Below, one piece after another: positions 20,801 through 28,998 of a DNA stretch of 64,000 nt. The position numbers and the translations under genes were made by a program. Origin of the DNA: Verrucomicrobiota bacterium (GTDB lineage: Bacteria > Verrucomicrobiota > Verrucomicrobiia > Limisphaerales > Palsa-1400); NCBI GenBank assembly GCA_049510745.1, contig JBEKYR010000003.1, forward strand, positions 128,001 through 192,000, in the 5' to 3' direction. Every line of letters begins with the position of its first letter. Position 1 is the first letter of the stretch. The notes beneath the pieces are model-generated. The model searched no databases, was not told the DNA's origin, and saw nothing but the letters and a program-made list of their open reading frames with translations.

Positions 20801-21716
20801 TCTCGGAGCTTCCAGCGGGTCCGAGAACACGGCCATCGGCAATAGTGCGCTTACTGCCACCACGACCGGTTCCTTCAACACGGCCGTTGGCGGCTTGGCG
20901 CTTCTCAATAACACCAGCGGCTCGTACAACACGGCCATTGGCGACTCGGCGCTTATCGAGAACACCAGCGGCAACGGCAACACGGCCGATGGATTTAATG
21001 CGCTGGGGTTTAACACTAGCGGCAACAACAACACGGCTGTCGGCCGTGACGCGCTTTCCAATTTGGGCGGTTCGTCGGTGCCCGCAACCCCCAGCGGCTC
21101 TAACAACATCGCGCTGGGTAATCAGGCCGGTTTCAATTTCTGGGGGAACGAAAGCAGCAACATCGTCATCGGCAACCTCGGCTCGCCGGGCGATCAAAAC
21201 ATCATCCGCATCGGCAGCAATCAGACGGCGGCCTACATCGCAGGCATCAACGGAGCGACGGTCACGGGCGCGCCAGTCGTCATTGACCCTACCACCGGCC
21301 AGCTCGGCGTGACCACCTCTTCGGTGCGGTTCAAGGACGACATCCGCAGCATGGACGATGCGAGCGACGAGTTGCTTTCACTCCGGCCCGTCACGTTTCA
21401 CTACAAGGCAGGCCTTGATCCCAAAGCCAGGCCGCAATTCGGCCTTGTCGCCGAGGAAGTGGACAAGATTGACCCTGACCTCGTGTTGCGCGACAGCCAC
21501 AACCAGATTTTCACCGTCCGCTACGAAGCCGTCAACGCCATGCTCCTGAATGAATTCCTCAAACAACACAAAAAGGTCGAAACCCAGAGCAGGGAGATCG
21601 AAACGTTGAAGGATAAAGCCGGCAAAGTGGATGCGCTGGAAAAACAGAATGACGCCCTGACCGCCCGCTTGAATGACCTGGAAGCCGCCGTCAAAGCCCT
21701 CGCAGAAAGAAAATGA
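17817..21716 (+). CDS. Secreted tail-fibre-like trimeric protein with C-terminal peptidase S74 (ICA) chaperone
   Basis: Signal peptide (ARA|Q), TAFTYQG N-domain, many 14-aa NTAxGxxALxxNTxG repeats, SSVRFKDDI...LRPVTFHYK...FGLVAEEV...YEAVNAMLL, and a terminal coiled coil. Confidence 0.88.
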   Translation: MKSRLHNLVLVPALLALCILQSALTTARAQVTAFTYQGNLSDNGQPANNTYDLTFTLWNASSTSSGQTVGVTFTNLNTPVTNGLFAVTLDFSASPPNPPGTPNPFTGAPLWLQIGVRASSAAPGGLFTEVSPLQPIQSSPYAIFATTAGAVSASQLTSAGNGNPGSFPHSMSMDNFFVGPAGNATMGGSYNTALGDFALAANTFGQGNTAIGTHALEQNTTGIRNTADGYYSLNANTTGSENTGLGMGALEDCTNGNNNIAIGYEAGVNFNGNESSNIDIGHFGVQGENNTIRIGSSQTATYIAGVIYGNGAGLTNVGTLTLPPTIITNGESGVTLSGAFTGNGSQLTNLTVSAAQLISIGNTNAGAYGNVFLGPAAGNATTSGFYNTAIGANALADITSGSVNTAYGAYALANNTTGFENAAIGHGALFNNTDGVYNTANGAFALYSNIVSGNTATGNHAMQNNVYGQNNTANGIDALYTDFTGNYNTADGADALQGNISGSYNTALGYLAGSLITTGSSNIDIGNTGSASDANIIRIGSSQTTAYIAGVITGNGAGLTNISASQLPAGLVTNGETNLTLTGTFTGNGGGLTNLGASSGSENTAIGNGALTANTSGSGNTAYGSYALYSTTTGSDNTAVGDSALPRNASGWYNTAIGNAALLHNTSGNNNTADGFGALEDNTSGNNNTAFGRDALCNLGGLVPATPSGSNNIALGYQAGFSFSGNESSNIVIGNMGSPGDQNIIRIGSSQTASYIAGIYGVNPSATPLPVVINANGQLGTGTVGNAQLANSSITITAGTGLSGGGTVALGGTITLNANGIDVGSNPTFNGTVSANAFSGDGNQLTDLNAQQLTSVGNGGGNFFVGPHTGNSATTGSDNTAVGDGALVFNTSGWYNTAIGDSALLNNNSGNGNTAIGFGALSQMGYLDLTPLPSGTNNIALGIWSGFRYMGNESSNIVIGNVGSINDQNIIRIGDSQTAAYIAGVITGDGGGLTNLGASSGSENTAIGNSALTATTTGSFNTAVGGLALLNNTSGSYNTAIGDSALIENTSGNGNTADGFNALGFNTSGNNNTAVGRDALSNLGGSSVPATPSGSNNIALGNQAGFNFWGNESSNIVIGNLGSPGDQNIIRIGSNQTAAYIAGINGATVTGAPVVIDPTTGQLGVTTSSVRFKDDIRSMDDASDELLSLRPVTFHYKAGLDPKARPQFGLVAEEVDKIDPDLVLRDSHNQIFTVRYEAVNAMLLNEFLKQHKKVETQSREIETLKDKAGKVDALEKQNDALTARLNDLEAAVKALAERK
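19581..21248 (+). repeat. Internal block duplications in the fibre gene
   Basis: About 19581-20093 and 20784-21248 share long identical stretches; about 20440-20780 is a third partial copy. Confidence 0.8.
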
Positions 21717-21723
21717 GGCATCC

Positions 21724-22170
21724 ATGAAAAAGTCGATTCTCTTATTTGGTTTGCTGCTGCCGGCCTTGAGCCAGGCGCAAAACTTTTCGATAAACTGGTA
21801 TAAAATCGCCGGCGGCGGCGGCGCCAGCACCAATGGCCAGTATGCCGTCACCGGCACGATTGGGCAGCCGGATGCCGGGATTGCCATGAGCGGCGGCAGT
21901 TACTCCGTGACCGGCGGTTTCTGGAGCATTATTTCCGTCGTGCAAACCGTCGGTGCGCCCAACCTGACCATCACGCATTCCGGTAGCAGTGTCATTGTCT
22001 CCTGGCCGAATACGGGTGCCTACACGTTGCAACAGAACAACAATCTGGCGGCAGCGGCGGGCTGGTCCACAAGCGGTTATCCCGTCACCACCAACTCCCC
22101 TGCTGGCACCAACAGCATCACGATCACACCGCCCACGGGAAGTTTATTTTTCCGCCTGGCCAATCCCTGA
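21724..22170 (+). CDS. Small secreted partner of the fibre protein
   Basis: ATG lies 7 bp after the fibre stop. Signal peptide, SINWYKIAGGGG...GTIGQPDAG...GGFW, and a C-terminal domain ending LFFRL. Confidence 0.8.
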   Translation: MKKSILLFGLLLPALSQAQNFSINWYKIAGGGGASTNGQYAVTGTIGQPDAGIAMSGGSYSVTGGFWSIISVVQTVGAPNLTITHSGSSVIVSWPNTGAYTLQQNNNLAAAAGWSTSGYPVTTNSPAGTNSITITPPTGSLFFRLANP

Positions 22171-22280
22171 GACGCTTCAAGCAAAGTAGCTGACGGCTGA
22201 AGCCTGACGTGCTCCGTCCGGTTTCAGGTCATTTCCACGCCCGCATCCGAAAAATCCATCCGCATATTCACACCGGCATT

Positions 22281-22330
22281 TTCACCCCATTTTCACACCG
22301 GCGCTCGTGAATCGTAACAAGAACGTAACA
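22281..22330 (+). promoter_or_regulatory. Pho-box-like array upstream of the porin
   Basis: CGTAACA-agaa-CGTAACA (22313-22330). TTCACC at 22281 and TTCACA at 22292 fall on the same 11-bp register. Confidence 0.5.
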
Positions 22331-22374
22331 TTGTCACCATAATTCCGCCACAATCCACTTTTAATATCGCGCCA

Positions 22375-23928
22375 ATGCAGAATAAAAAGAACCCCCCCCT
22401 GTTCGCCCGTGTCGCCCGTTGGCTTGGAGCGTTCGCCCTGCTGGCGATGAGCATCGGAGCCGGCGCGCAATCATCCGACGCGCTTTTGGACCTCTTTGTC
22501 AAAAAGGGGATCGTGACCCAGGAGGAAGCGCAGCAGCTCCGAGCCGAGGCGCAGGCCAGCCGAACCAACAACCCGTCCGCCTCCGCCTCAAAATGGAAAA
22601 TCGGCAACGGCATCAACAGCGTGGAGCTTTTTGGCGACATCCGATTGCGCTTTGAAGACCGCCAGGTGCATACGCCGATTGGCGACCGGCTGGAGCTGGG
22701 CCGCTATCGCTACGCTTTGCGCTTGGGCCTGCGCGGAGACTTGGTGGATGATTTCTATTACGGCCTCCGGCTCGAAACCGCATCCAACCCGCGCTCGCCC
22801 TGGGTCACATTTGGCACCTCGTCCAGCGGTGTTCCCTATCAAGGTCCGTTTGGCAAATCCACGGCCGGAATCAACCTCGGCCAAGTATATGTCGGCTGGC
22901 GGCCCGCAAGCTGGGTGGACATCGAACTGGGCAAAATGCCGAACCCGCTTTACACCACGCCCATGACCTGGGACACCGACCTCAATCCCGAAGGGGCGGC
23001 GGAGCGGTTCAAGTACACGGTCGGCCCCGTCGATTTTTTCGCCACCTTCGGGCAGTTTGTGTATGAGGACGTCAACCCCAACCGCACGACGCCTTTTTTG
23101 ACGCCGGCCGTCCCGTTCGGCCGGGACGCAAACACGCCGTTCCTTCTGTCGTGGCAGGGCGGTTTCAATTTCAATTTTACAAAGGATATATCCTTCAAGG
23201 CCGCCGCCACGCTTTACAATTATACCGGACGAGGCGGAGTGACCAATTCGACGGCTGGGTTTTCTGATATTTTTGTCGGAGAATCCACTCTCACTCCAAA
23301 CAGTTCTGTCGCAGGCTCCAGCGGCTACCCGAGCGGGCCTAATGACGGTTTCATCTTCAACCAAACCGGAATCAACGATTTGCTCATCCTGGACTTCCCG
23401 TTCGAACTGAACTTTAAGATCGCCAAATATCGCGCCAGGATGTTTGGCGACTTTGCCGAAAACCTGGACGGCGAGCAACGCGCGGAGGCGGCGGTGGCGA
23501 TGGGGGCAAACGCTCTTGTCAACAATTCGGGTGGATACACGGTGACGATCCCGCTGCAAAAATACGAGAACAAGGCCTATCAATTCGGCCTGGCCGTCGG
23601 CAATGATGACGCCTTGGGCATCGCTTATGGAACCACCGTGAAGAAGAACACCTGGGAGGCCCGGGCTTATTGGCAGCACGTCGAGCAATACGCATTGGAC
23701 CCCAATCTCATGGACTCCGACTTTTTTGAAGGCCGTGCAAATCTTCAGGGGGTTTACGCCGCCTTCGCCTACGGATTCACCGACGCCCTTATTGGAACCT
23801 TCCGCTACGGCTACGCCAGCCGCATCGACAGCAAACTCGGCACCGGCGGCAGCAATCAAGATATTCCCCAAGTCAATCCCATCCAGCGGTATCAACTGTT
23901 CCAACTGGATTTAACCTTAAAATTCTGA
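22375..23928 (+). CDS. Putative outer-membrane porin (Porin_5-like)
   Basis: Signal peptide, LLDLFVKKGIVTQEEA N-domain, GDIRLRFE, RYRYALRLG, GKMPNP...WDTDLNPEG, and terminal QLDLTLKF. Confidence 0.82.
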   Translation: MQNKKNPPLFARVARWLGAFALLAMSIGAGAQSSDALLDLFVKKGIVTQEEAQQLRAEAQASRTNNPSASASKWKIGNGINSVELFGDIRLRFEDRQVHTPIGDRLELGRYRYALRLGLRGDLVDDFYYGLRLETASNPRSPWVTFGTSSSGVPYQGPFGKSTAGINLGQVYVGWRPASWVDIELGKMPNPLYTTPMTWDTDLNPEGAAERFKYTVGPVDFFATFGQFVYEDVNPNRTTPFLTPAVPFGRDANTPFLLSWQGGFNFNFTKDISFKAAATLYNYTGRGGVTNSTAGFSDIFVGESTLTPNSSVAGSSGYPSGPNDGFIFNQTGINDLLILDFPFELNFKIAKYRARMFGDFAENLDGEQRAEAAVAMGANALVNNSGGYTVTIPLQKYENKAYQFGLAVGNDDALGIAYGTTVKKNTWEARAYWQHVEQYALDPNLMDSDFFEGRANLQGVYAAFAYGFTDALIGTFRYGYASRIDSKLGTGGSNQDIPQVNPIQRYQLFQLDLTLKF

Positions 23929-24006
23929 ACTCATCCGGGCTTCCGGCAGGCCGCATGAAATGACTTCCCGCGCGGATAAAGCGTGAGAAAGCGCCCGAAT
24001 TGACGC

Positions 24007-24108
24007 TTGACGCAGTCGGCGGGACCTGATGTAATGCGATAAGTCTGGATTATACTTGCGTTCCACCGGGTCGGAACGCTTGACAGGCCAGGCGGAAGAT
24101 GATGTAAT
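24007..24108 (+). promoter_or_regulatory. Two tandem sigma70-type promoters
   Basis: TTGACG-17-TGTAAT (24007-24035) and TTGACA-17-TGTAAT (24080-24108), both with a TGn extended -10. Confidence 0.7.
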
Positions 24109-24343
24109 GCGGTAAGCTAAAATTCATGTGAATTTACCGGTACAGGAAAATCAGTGCTGACATCGACCGTCAGGGCCGCCATTTCCTGAAAAAATGCGAT
24201 GAGAATGGGTGCGATAAACACGTTAGTCTTTGCGAGGCAACATCTTCCAGGCTCAGCCGGATTAAGCGCGCGGCTGTCCGCGACAGCCCTTTCGGCACAG
24301 CCCGGCGCCCGATTTTAAGCGAGTGTCTTTCCTTGCCCCAAAC

Positions 24344-24922
24344 ATGCATGCTTCGAATCTATCATGGTATTGCGCGAGAACGAAACCCAAGAACGAACAC
24401 ATCGCGGCGGCCAACGTGAGCAAAAGGCTCGGTTTGGAAGTCTTTCATCCGCGCTTGCGCCTGGAGCGGGCCACCCGGCGGGGGATGATGCGAGTCGTTG
24501 AACCCCTGTTTCCGTGCTACATCTTTGTACGCTGTCTGTTTGAACGTCATGCCGATGAGATTCGGCATGTCACGGGCATCAGCAGCTTGGTGCATTTTGG
24601 GCAGAAGATACCGGCGGTGCCGGATGCGGCGATTGCAGAATTGAAGCAATGCTTTGAATCTGAGGCACCTATGGTGGTTAAGGATGGGGTGGTGCCCGGT
24701 GTCGAAGTCACGATTGTCGAGGGTTCTTTGATGGGTTTTTCCGGGATGGTGGTTCGGACTTTATCAGCCGGGCAAAGGGTACAGATATTGCTGGACTTCT
24801 TGGGTCGCATTACTTTAGCGGAAATTGATCGGAGATCGTTGAGAGTGGAGAATCGGACCGCAGCCGACCGCCTCCCACTATTGGCGACAGCCGGCTTGCC
24901 GGATGTCGCGGTAGCGGGGTGA
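24344..24922 (+). CDS. NusG/RfaH-family antiterminator
   Basis: WYCARTKPKNE, PLFPCYIFV and a KOW domain (VTIVEGSLMGFSG). First gene before the polysaccharide cluster. Start could be GTG 24323. Confidence 0.88.
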   Translation: MHASNLSWYCARTKPKNEHIAAANVSKRLGLEVFHPRLRLERATRRGMMRVVEPLFPCYIFVRCLFERHADEIRHVTGISSLVHFGQKIPAVPDAAIAELKQCFESEAPMVVKDGVVPGVEVTIVEGSLMGFSGMVVRTLSAGQRVQILLDFLGRITLAEIDRRSLRVENRTAADRLPLLATAGLPDVAVAG

Positions 24923-25350
24923 TGTCGGGGGCGAGAGAGACACCCGGTTTTTCATCGGGGGAAAAGCAGAGCAGTTCAAACCGAGAGCGAAAAAGTTGGC
25001 GAAATAGAGACACGCCAGCAAGTGCGGAGCATTATTCTCTTGCGCTTTTGAACTCTCGTGATACTGTTAACGCTAAGGCGTAATCCGTTTGATACACGCG
25101 TAAATTGAGCACACAGGCTGTTGCCCGCGGTGGGCTTGTCGGCCTTATTTGCGGATTAGCGTGAAGCTATCGACGGGCGGTTCGCGGAGCGGACCCTGCC
25201 GGGCGAACTATTCTGTTCGCCGGGTTTGGGCCTCGATCCCGGACGAAAACATCTTATTCCAAACTATTCCGGACTGCCGGGACGCGCTCAAGCGCCGGGG
25301 GTCGTCGGATCCCACCTCGGAGCCATTTTGCCTGGGCTCCAACCAAATTC

Positions 25351-26163
25351 ATGCCTAAAACAAATCAACTTGCGACCTCGCGCGTACCCTGCGTGGAGGC
25401 GGCCACGCCTTCTGAACTGGAGACGGAGGTCCTGCCTGCGCAATTCCCATCGTGGAAACGGGTCCTGGACGTCACTTGCGTCCTTCTGTCCCTTCCCATT
25501 CTGATACCGGTGGGGATTGTCCTGGGCGTGTTCATCAAAATCGTTTCGCCGGGGCCGGCCTTTTTCCGGCAGCAGCGAGTCGGCTATTCTGGCAAGCGCT
25601 TCATGTGCCTGAAGTTTCGGACGATGAAAGTCAACTCCGACGACACTGTTCATCAAGCGCATCTGAAGCAGTTGATGACATCCAACCGCCCGACGCGCAA
25701 GTTGGATTGCGGGGGCGATTCCCGGCTCATCCCGGGCGGACTGCTGCTGCGGTCGATGGGTGTGGATGAGTTGCCGCAACTGATCAACGTGCTCCGCCGC
25801 GAGATGAGCCTGGTCGGTCCCCGGCCCTGCACGCCGTACGAATTTGATTTGTATTCCCCGCGCCACAAGCAGCGCTGCGGAGCGCCGCCGGGATTGACGG
25901 GTTTGTGGCAGATCAGCGGGAAGAACCGGACGACGTTCGAAGAGATGATCAATTTGGACCTGCGTTACGTCGAGCGCATGTCGCCGTGGCTGGACCTTAA
26001 GATCATGGCCCTGACACCTCTGGCGATTTTGGCGTTGGTTTGGGAGACGAAGGTTCTGGGCAAAGCCGGAAAGCGCCAGCCGCCCGCGGTGGTGGAACAT
26101 CGGCCGGTTTACCAGGAGAAGGCCCCTGCCCGATTCCCTGGAACGGTTCCTGCTAATGAGTGA
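25351..26163 (+). CDS. Priming sugar transferase (phosphoglycosyltransferase, Bac_transf)
   Basis: KRVLD, KFRTM, DELPQLINVL..EMSLVGPRP and PGLTGLWQ motifs. Confidence 0.93.
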   Translation: MPKTNQLATSRVPCVEAATPSELETEVLPAQFPSWKRVLDVTCVLLSLPILIPVGIVLGVFIKIVSPGPAFFRQQRVGYSGKRFMCLKFRTMKVNSDDTVHQAHLKQLMTSNRPTRKLDCGGDSRLIPGGLLLRSMGVDELPQLINVLRREMSLVGPRPCTPYEFDLYSPRHKQRCGAPPGLTGLWQISGKNRTTFEEMINLDLRYVERMSPWLDLKIMALTPLAILALVWETKVLGKAGKRQPPAVVEHRPVYQEKAPARFPGTVPANE

Positions 26164-26186
26164 TTGATCGCAAAACAGAGAAACCT

Positions 26187-27329
26187 ATGTCTAAGCAAAC
26201 AAAAGTTGGCGTTGTTGGTTGCGGCTACTGGGGGCCAAATCTGGTGCGGAATTTTCGCTCCCTGCCCGATTGCCAGTTGAGAATGATGTGCGACATCAGC
26301 AAGGACCGGCTCAAACATTTGACCTCCCTGTACCCGGATGTGGAAGGCGACGTCGATTACGACCACATGCTCAACGGCGTGGGGTTGGATGCCGTGGTGG
26401 TCGCCACCTCTGTCAAGCTCCATTACCCCATGGCCAAGGCGGCCCTGCTTTCGGGCAAACATACTTTCATTGAGAAGCCGATGGCGACCTCCTCCGAGCA
26501 ATGCTCGGAGTTGGTGGAAATCGCCCGGCAAAAGGGCTTGGTGCTCATGGTCGGGCATACCTTTCTCTATTCACCCGCGGTGCGCAAGATCAAGGAGATC
26601 GTGGACCGGGGGGACTTGGGCGAAATCCGCTACGTTTGCGCCCGCCGCCTCAACCTGGGCCTGTTCCAGAAGGACATCAACGTGGCGTGGGATTTGGCGC
26701 CGCACGACATCTCAATCATTCTTCACCTGCTCGAACAGTTTCCGATCAGCGTTAATTGCCGCGGCAGCGCGCACGTCACCCCGGGGATCGAAGACGTGAC
26801 CTCGATGAGCCTGACTTTCAAGAACGACCGCTCCGCCATTATCCACAGCAGTTGGCTCGACCCGCGCAAGGTGCGCGAAATGACCATCGTCGGCAGCAAG
26901 CGGATGATCGTCTATGATGACGTGGCGCTCCAGGAAAAAATCCGGGTCTTTGACGCCCGCGTCGAGCGTCCGCCGCACTATGACACTTTTGCCGAGTTCC
27001 ACTACGCCTATCACTACGGCGACACTTATTCCCCGTACATCAAACAAGAGGAACCGCTCAAGACCGAATGCCAGCATTTCCTGGATTGCATCCAGAACGG
27101 CAAGGAACCGCTGACCAACGGCGCCCGCGGCACCGAACTGGTCAGAATCCTCGAAGCCTCCTCGCAGTCCCTCAAGCTCGGCGGCGGCCAGGTTCTTCTG
27201 CACCACCCGGAGCCGGTGCGCTCGCCCGCCAGCAACGGCGCGGCCGCCCAGGGCCGGATCAGCAAGGACAAAGACGGCAAGTTTCACATCCCGGTCGGCA
27301 CCGTGCCCGAATCCCGCGTCGCTCTGTAA
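26187..27329 (+). CDS. Gfo/Idh/MocA oxidoreductase (WbpB/WlbA-like)
   Basis: GCGYWG, EKP and DLAPHD motifs. Confidence 0.88.
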   Translation: MSKQTKVGVVGCGYWGPNLVRNFRSLPDCQLRMMCDISKDRLKHLTSLYPDVEGDVDYDHMLNGVGLDAVVVATSVKLHYPMAKAALLSGKHTFIEKPMATSSEQCSELVEIARQKGLVLMVGHTFLYSPAVRKIKEIVDRGDLGEIRYVCARRLNLGLFQKDINVAWDLAPHDISIILHLLEQFPISVNCRGSAHVTPGIEDVTSMSLTFKNDRSAIIHSSWLDPRKVREMTIVGSKRMIVYDDVALQEKIRVFDARVERPPHYDTFAEFHYAYHYGDTYSPYIKQEEPLKTECQHFLDCIQNGKEPLTNGARGTELVRILEASSQSLKLGGGQVLLHHPEPVRSPASNGAAAQGRISKDKDGKFHIPVGTVPESRVAL

Positions 27330-27341
27330 GGCCTTCCGCGT

Positions 27342-27851
27342 ATGAGACACGTTCAACCGGAGACGCAGCCGTTCCGCCAGATCGCTGCGGACGTGAAGTT
27401 GGGCAAGGGCGTCCGTATCTTCGGCTTCACCAACCTTTACGGGTGCGAGATCGGAGACGACGTCAAGATTGGCACGTTCGTCGAAATCCAAAAAGGCGCC
27501 CGTATCGGGTCCCGCTGCAAAATTTCCAGCCACACTTTTATTTGCGAAGGCGTCGTCTTGGAGGACGAGGTGTTCGTCGGCCACAACGTCACCTTCATCA
27601 ACGACCTCTATCCCCGTTCGACCAATGGCGACGGGAAGCTTCAGACCGAAGCGGATTGGAAGTGCGTTCCCACCCACGTCAAAAAGGGGGCTTCCATCGG
27701 TTCGGGCGCGACCCTTCTGTGTGGGATCACCGTCGGGCCCAGGGCCGTGGTTGGCGCCGGCAGCGTGGTGACACGCGACGTGCCGGCAGACGCGATTGTG
27801 GCTGGCAACCCGGCTCGAGTTCTCCGCATGGTCAGTCCGGCAGGAAAATGA
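27342..27851 (+). CDS. Hexapeptide N-acyltransferase (WbpD/FdtC-like)
   Basis: Left-handed beta-helix repeats, FINDLYPR and VAGNPAR. Confidence 0.9.
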   Translation: MRHVQPETQPFRQIAADVKLGKGVRIFGFTNLYGCEIGDDVKIGTFVEIQKGARIGSRCKISSHTFICEGVVLEDEVFVGHNVTFINDLYPRSTNGDGKLQTEADWKCVPTHVKKGASIGSGATLLCGITVGPRAVVGAGSVVTRDVPADAIVAGNPARVLRMVSPAGK

Positions 27852-27864
27852 AGATCAAAGAAAT

Positions 27865-28998
27865 ATGAAAGTACCCTTCTTGGACCTGGGCGCGCATCAT
27901 CAACCCATTCGCGAGCAATTGGACGCCGCGATTCGTGACGTGATCGACGCCAGCGCCTTTGCCGGCGGGCCGTTCGTGGCCGCTTTCGAGCGCGACTTCG
28001 CGCGCTATTGCGGGACCAGCCATGCCATCGGCGTCGGCACCGGCACGGATGCGCTCTGGCTCAGTCTCCTGGCGCTGGAGGTTGGCCCCGGAGATGAAGT
28101 CATCACGGTGCCCAGCACTTTCATGGCCACGGCCGAAGCCATCAGCTACTGCGGCGCGCGGCCCAAGTTTGTCGATATCGACGAACAGACTTACACCCTG
28201 GACCCGGCCTTGCTGGAACGCGCCATTACGCCGCGGACCAAGGCCATCATCCCCGTCCATCTGTTCGGCCAATGCGCCGACATGGACCCAATCCGGGAGA
28301 TTGCCGGCCGGCACGGGATTCCGGTGGTGGAGGATGCCTGCCAGGCGCACGGCGCTCTCTACAAAGGCCGGAAGGCCGGCAGCATGGGCGTGGCGGGATG
28401 TTTCAGCTTTTATCCGGGCAAAAACCTCGGCGCGCTCGGCGAAGCCGGCGGCGTCAACACCAATGACAAGGAGTTGGCCGAAAAAATCCGCGTGCTGCGC
28501 GATCACGGCCAGCACAAGAAGTATTATCATTCGAAGGTGGGCTGGAACGCCAGAATGGATGGCATCCAGGGGGCGGTCCTGGGCGTCAAACTCAAGCAAT
28601 TGGAAGCGTCCAATGCCCGGAGGCACGCGCATGCTTTGCTTTACGACCAGCTTTTGGGCGACATGCCGGAAATCATCACGCCCTTCGAGGCGCCGCACAA
28701 CCGGCACGTTTACCACATTTATGCCGTGCGCGTGAAGGAGCGCGATCAAGTCCTCCAAGCCATGGCCGACCAGGGCATCTCCTGCGCGATCCATTACCCC
28801 ATCCCGGTTCACTTGCAGGAAGCCTACCGCTTTCTGGGCTGCGACCAAGGCTCATTTCCCGTGGCGGAGCGGTGCGCGGAGGAATTTCTCTCCCTGCCGA
28901 TGTTCCCGGAATTGACCAAAGAGCAGATTCACGCCGTGGCCGGCGCACTCCAGTCCTGCCTCAGCGGCAGGAAACCCTGCAATAGGTGCCTGAAGTGA
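27865..28998 (+). CDS. DegT/DnrJ/EryC1/StrS aminotransferase
   Basis: EDACQAHG and SFYPGKNLG (PLP lysine). Confidence 0.93.
   Translation: MKVPFLDLGAHHQPIREQLDAAIRDVIDASAFAGGPFVAAFERDFARYCGTSHAIGVGTGTDALWLSLLALEVGPGDEVITVPSTFMATAEAISYCGARPKFVDIDEQTYTLDPALLERAITPRTKAIIPVHLFGQCADMDPIREIAGRHGIPVVEDACQAHGALYKGRKAGSMGVAGCFSFYPGKNLGALGEAGGVNTNDKELAEKIRVLRDHGQHKKYYHSKVGWNARMDGIQGAVLGVKLKQLEASNARRHAHALLYDQLLGDMPEIITPFEAPHNRHVYHIYAVRVKERDQVLQAMADQGISCAIHYPIPVHLQEAYRFLGCDQGSFPVAERCAEEFLSLPMFPELTKEQIHAVAGALQSCLSGRKPCNRCLK

Noticed and set aside
19581..21248. DGR template/variable repeat pair
   Set aside because: Differences include C/T, G/C and G/T changes, both copies are in-frame coding, and there is no reverse transcriptase in the window.
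17817..21716. Prophage tail gene
   Set aside because: It has a Sec signal peptide, and no integrase, capsid or other phage genes are nearby.
24907..24918. ops-like element CGCGGTAGCGGG (10/12 match to GGCGGTAGCGTG)
   Set aside because: It lies inside the coding end of the NusG paralog, both mismatches hit pause-determining positions, and such a match is plausible by chance in GC-rich DNA.
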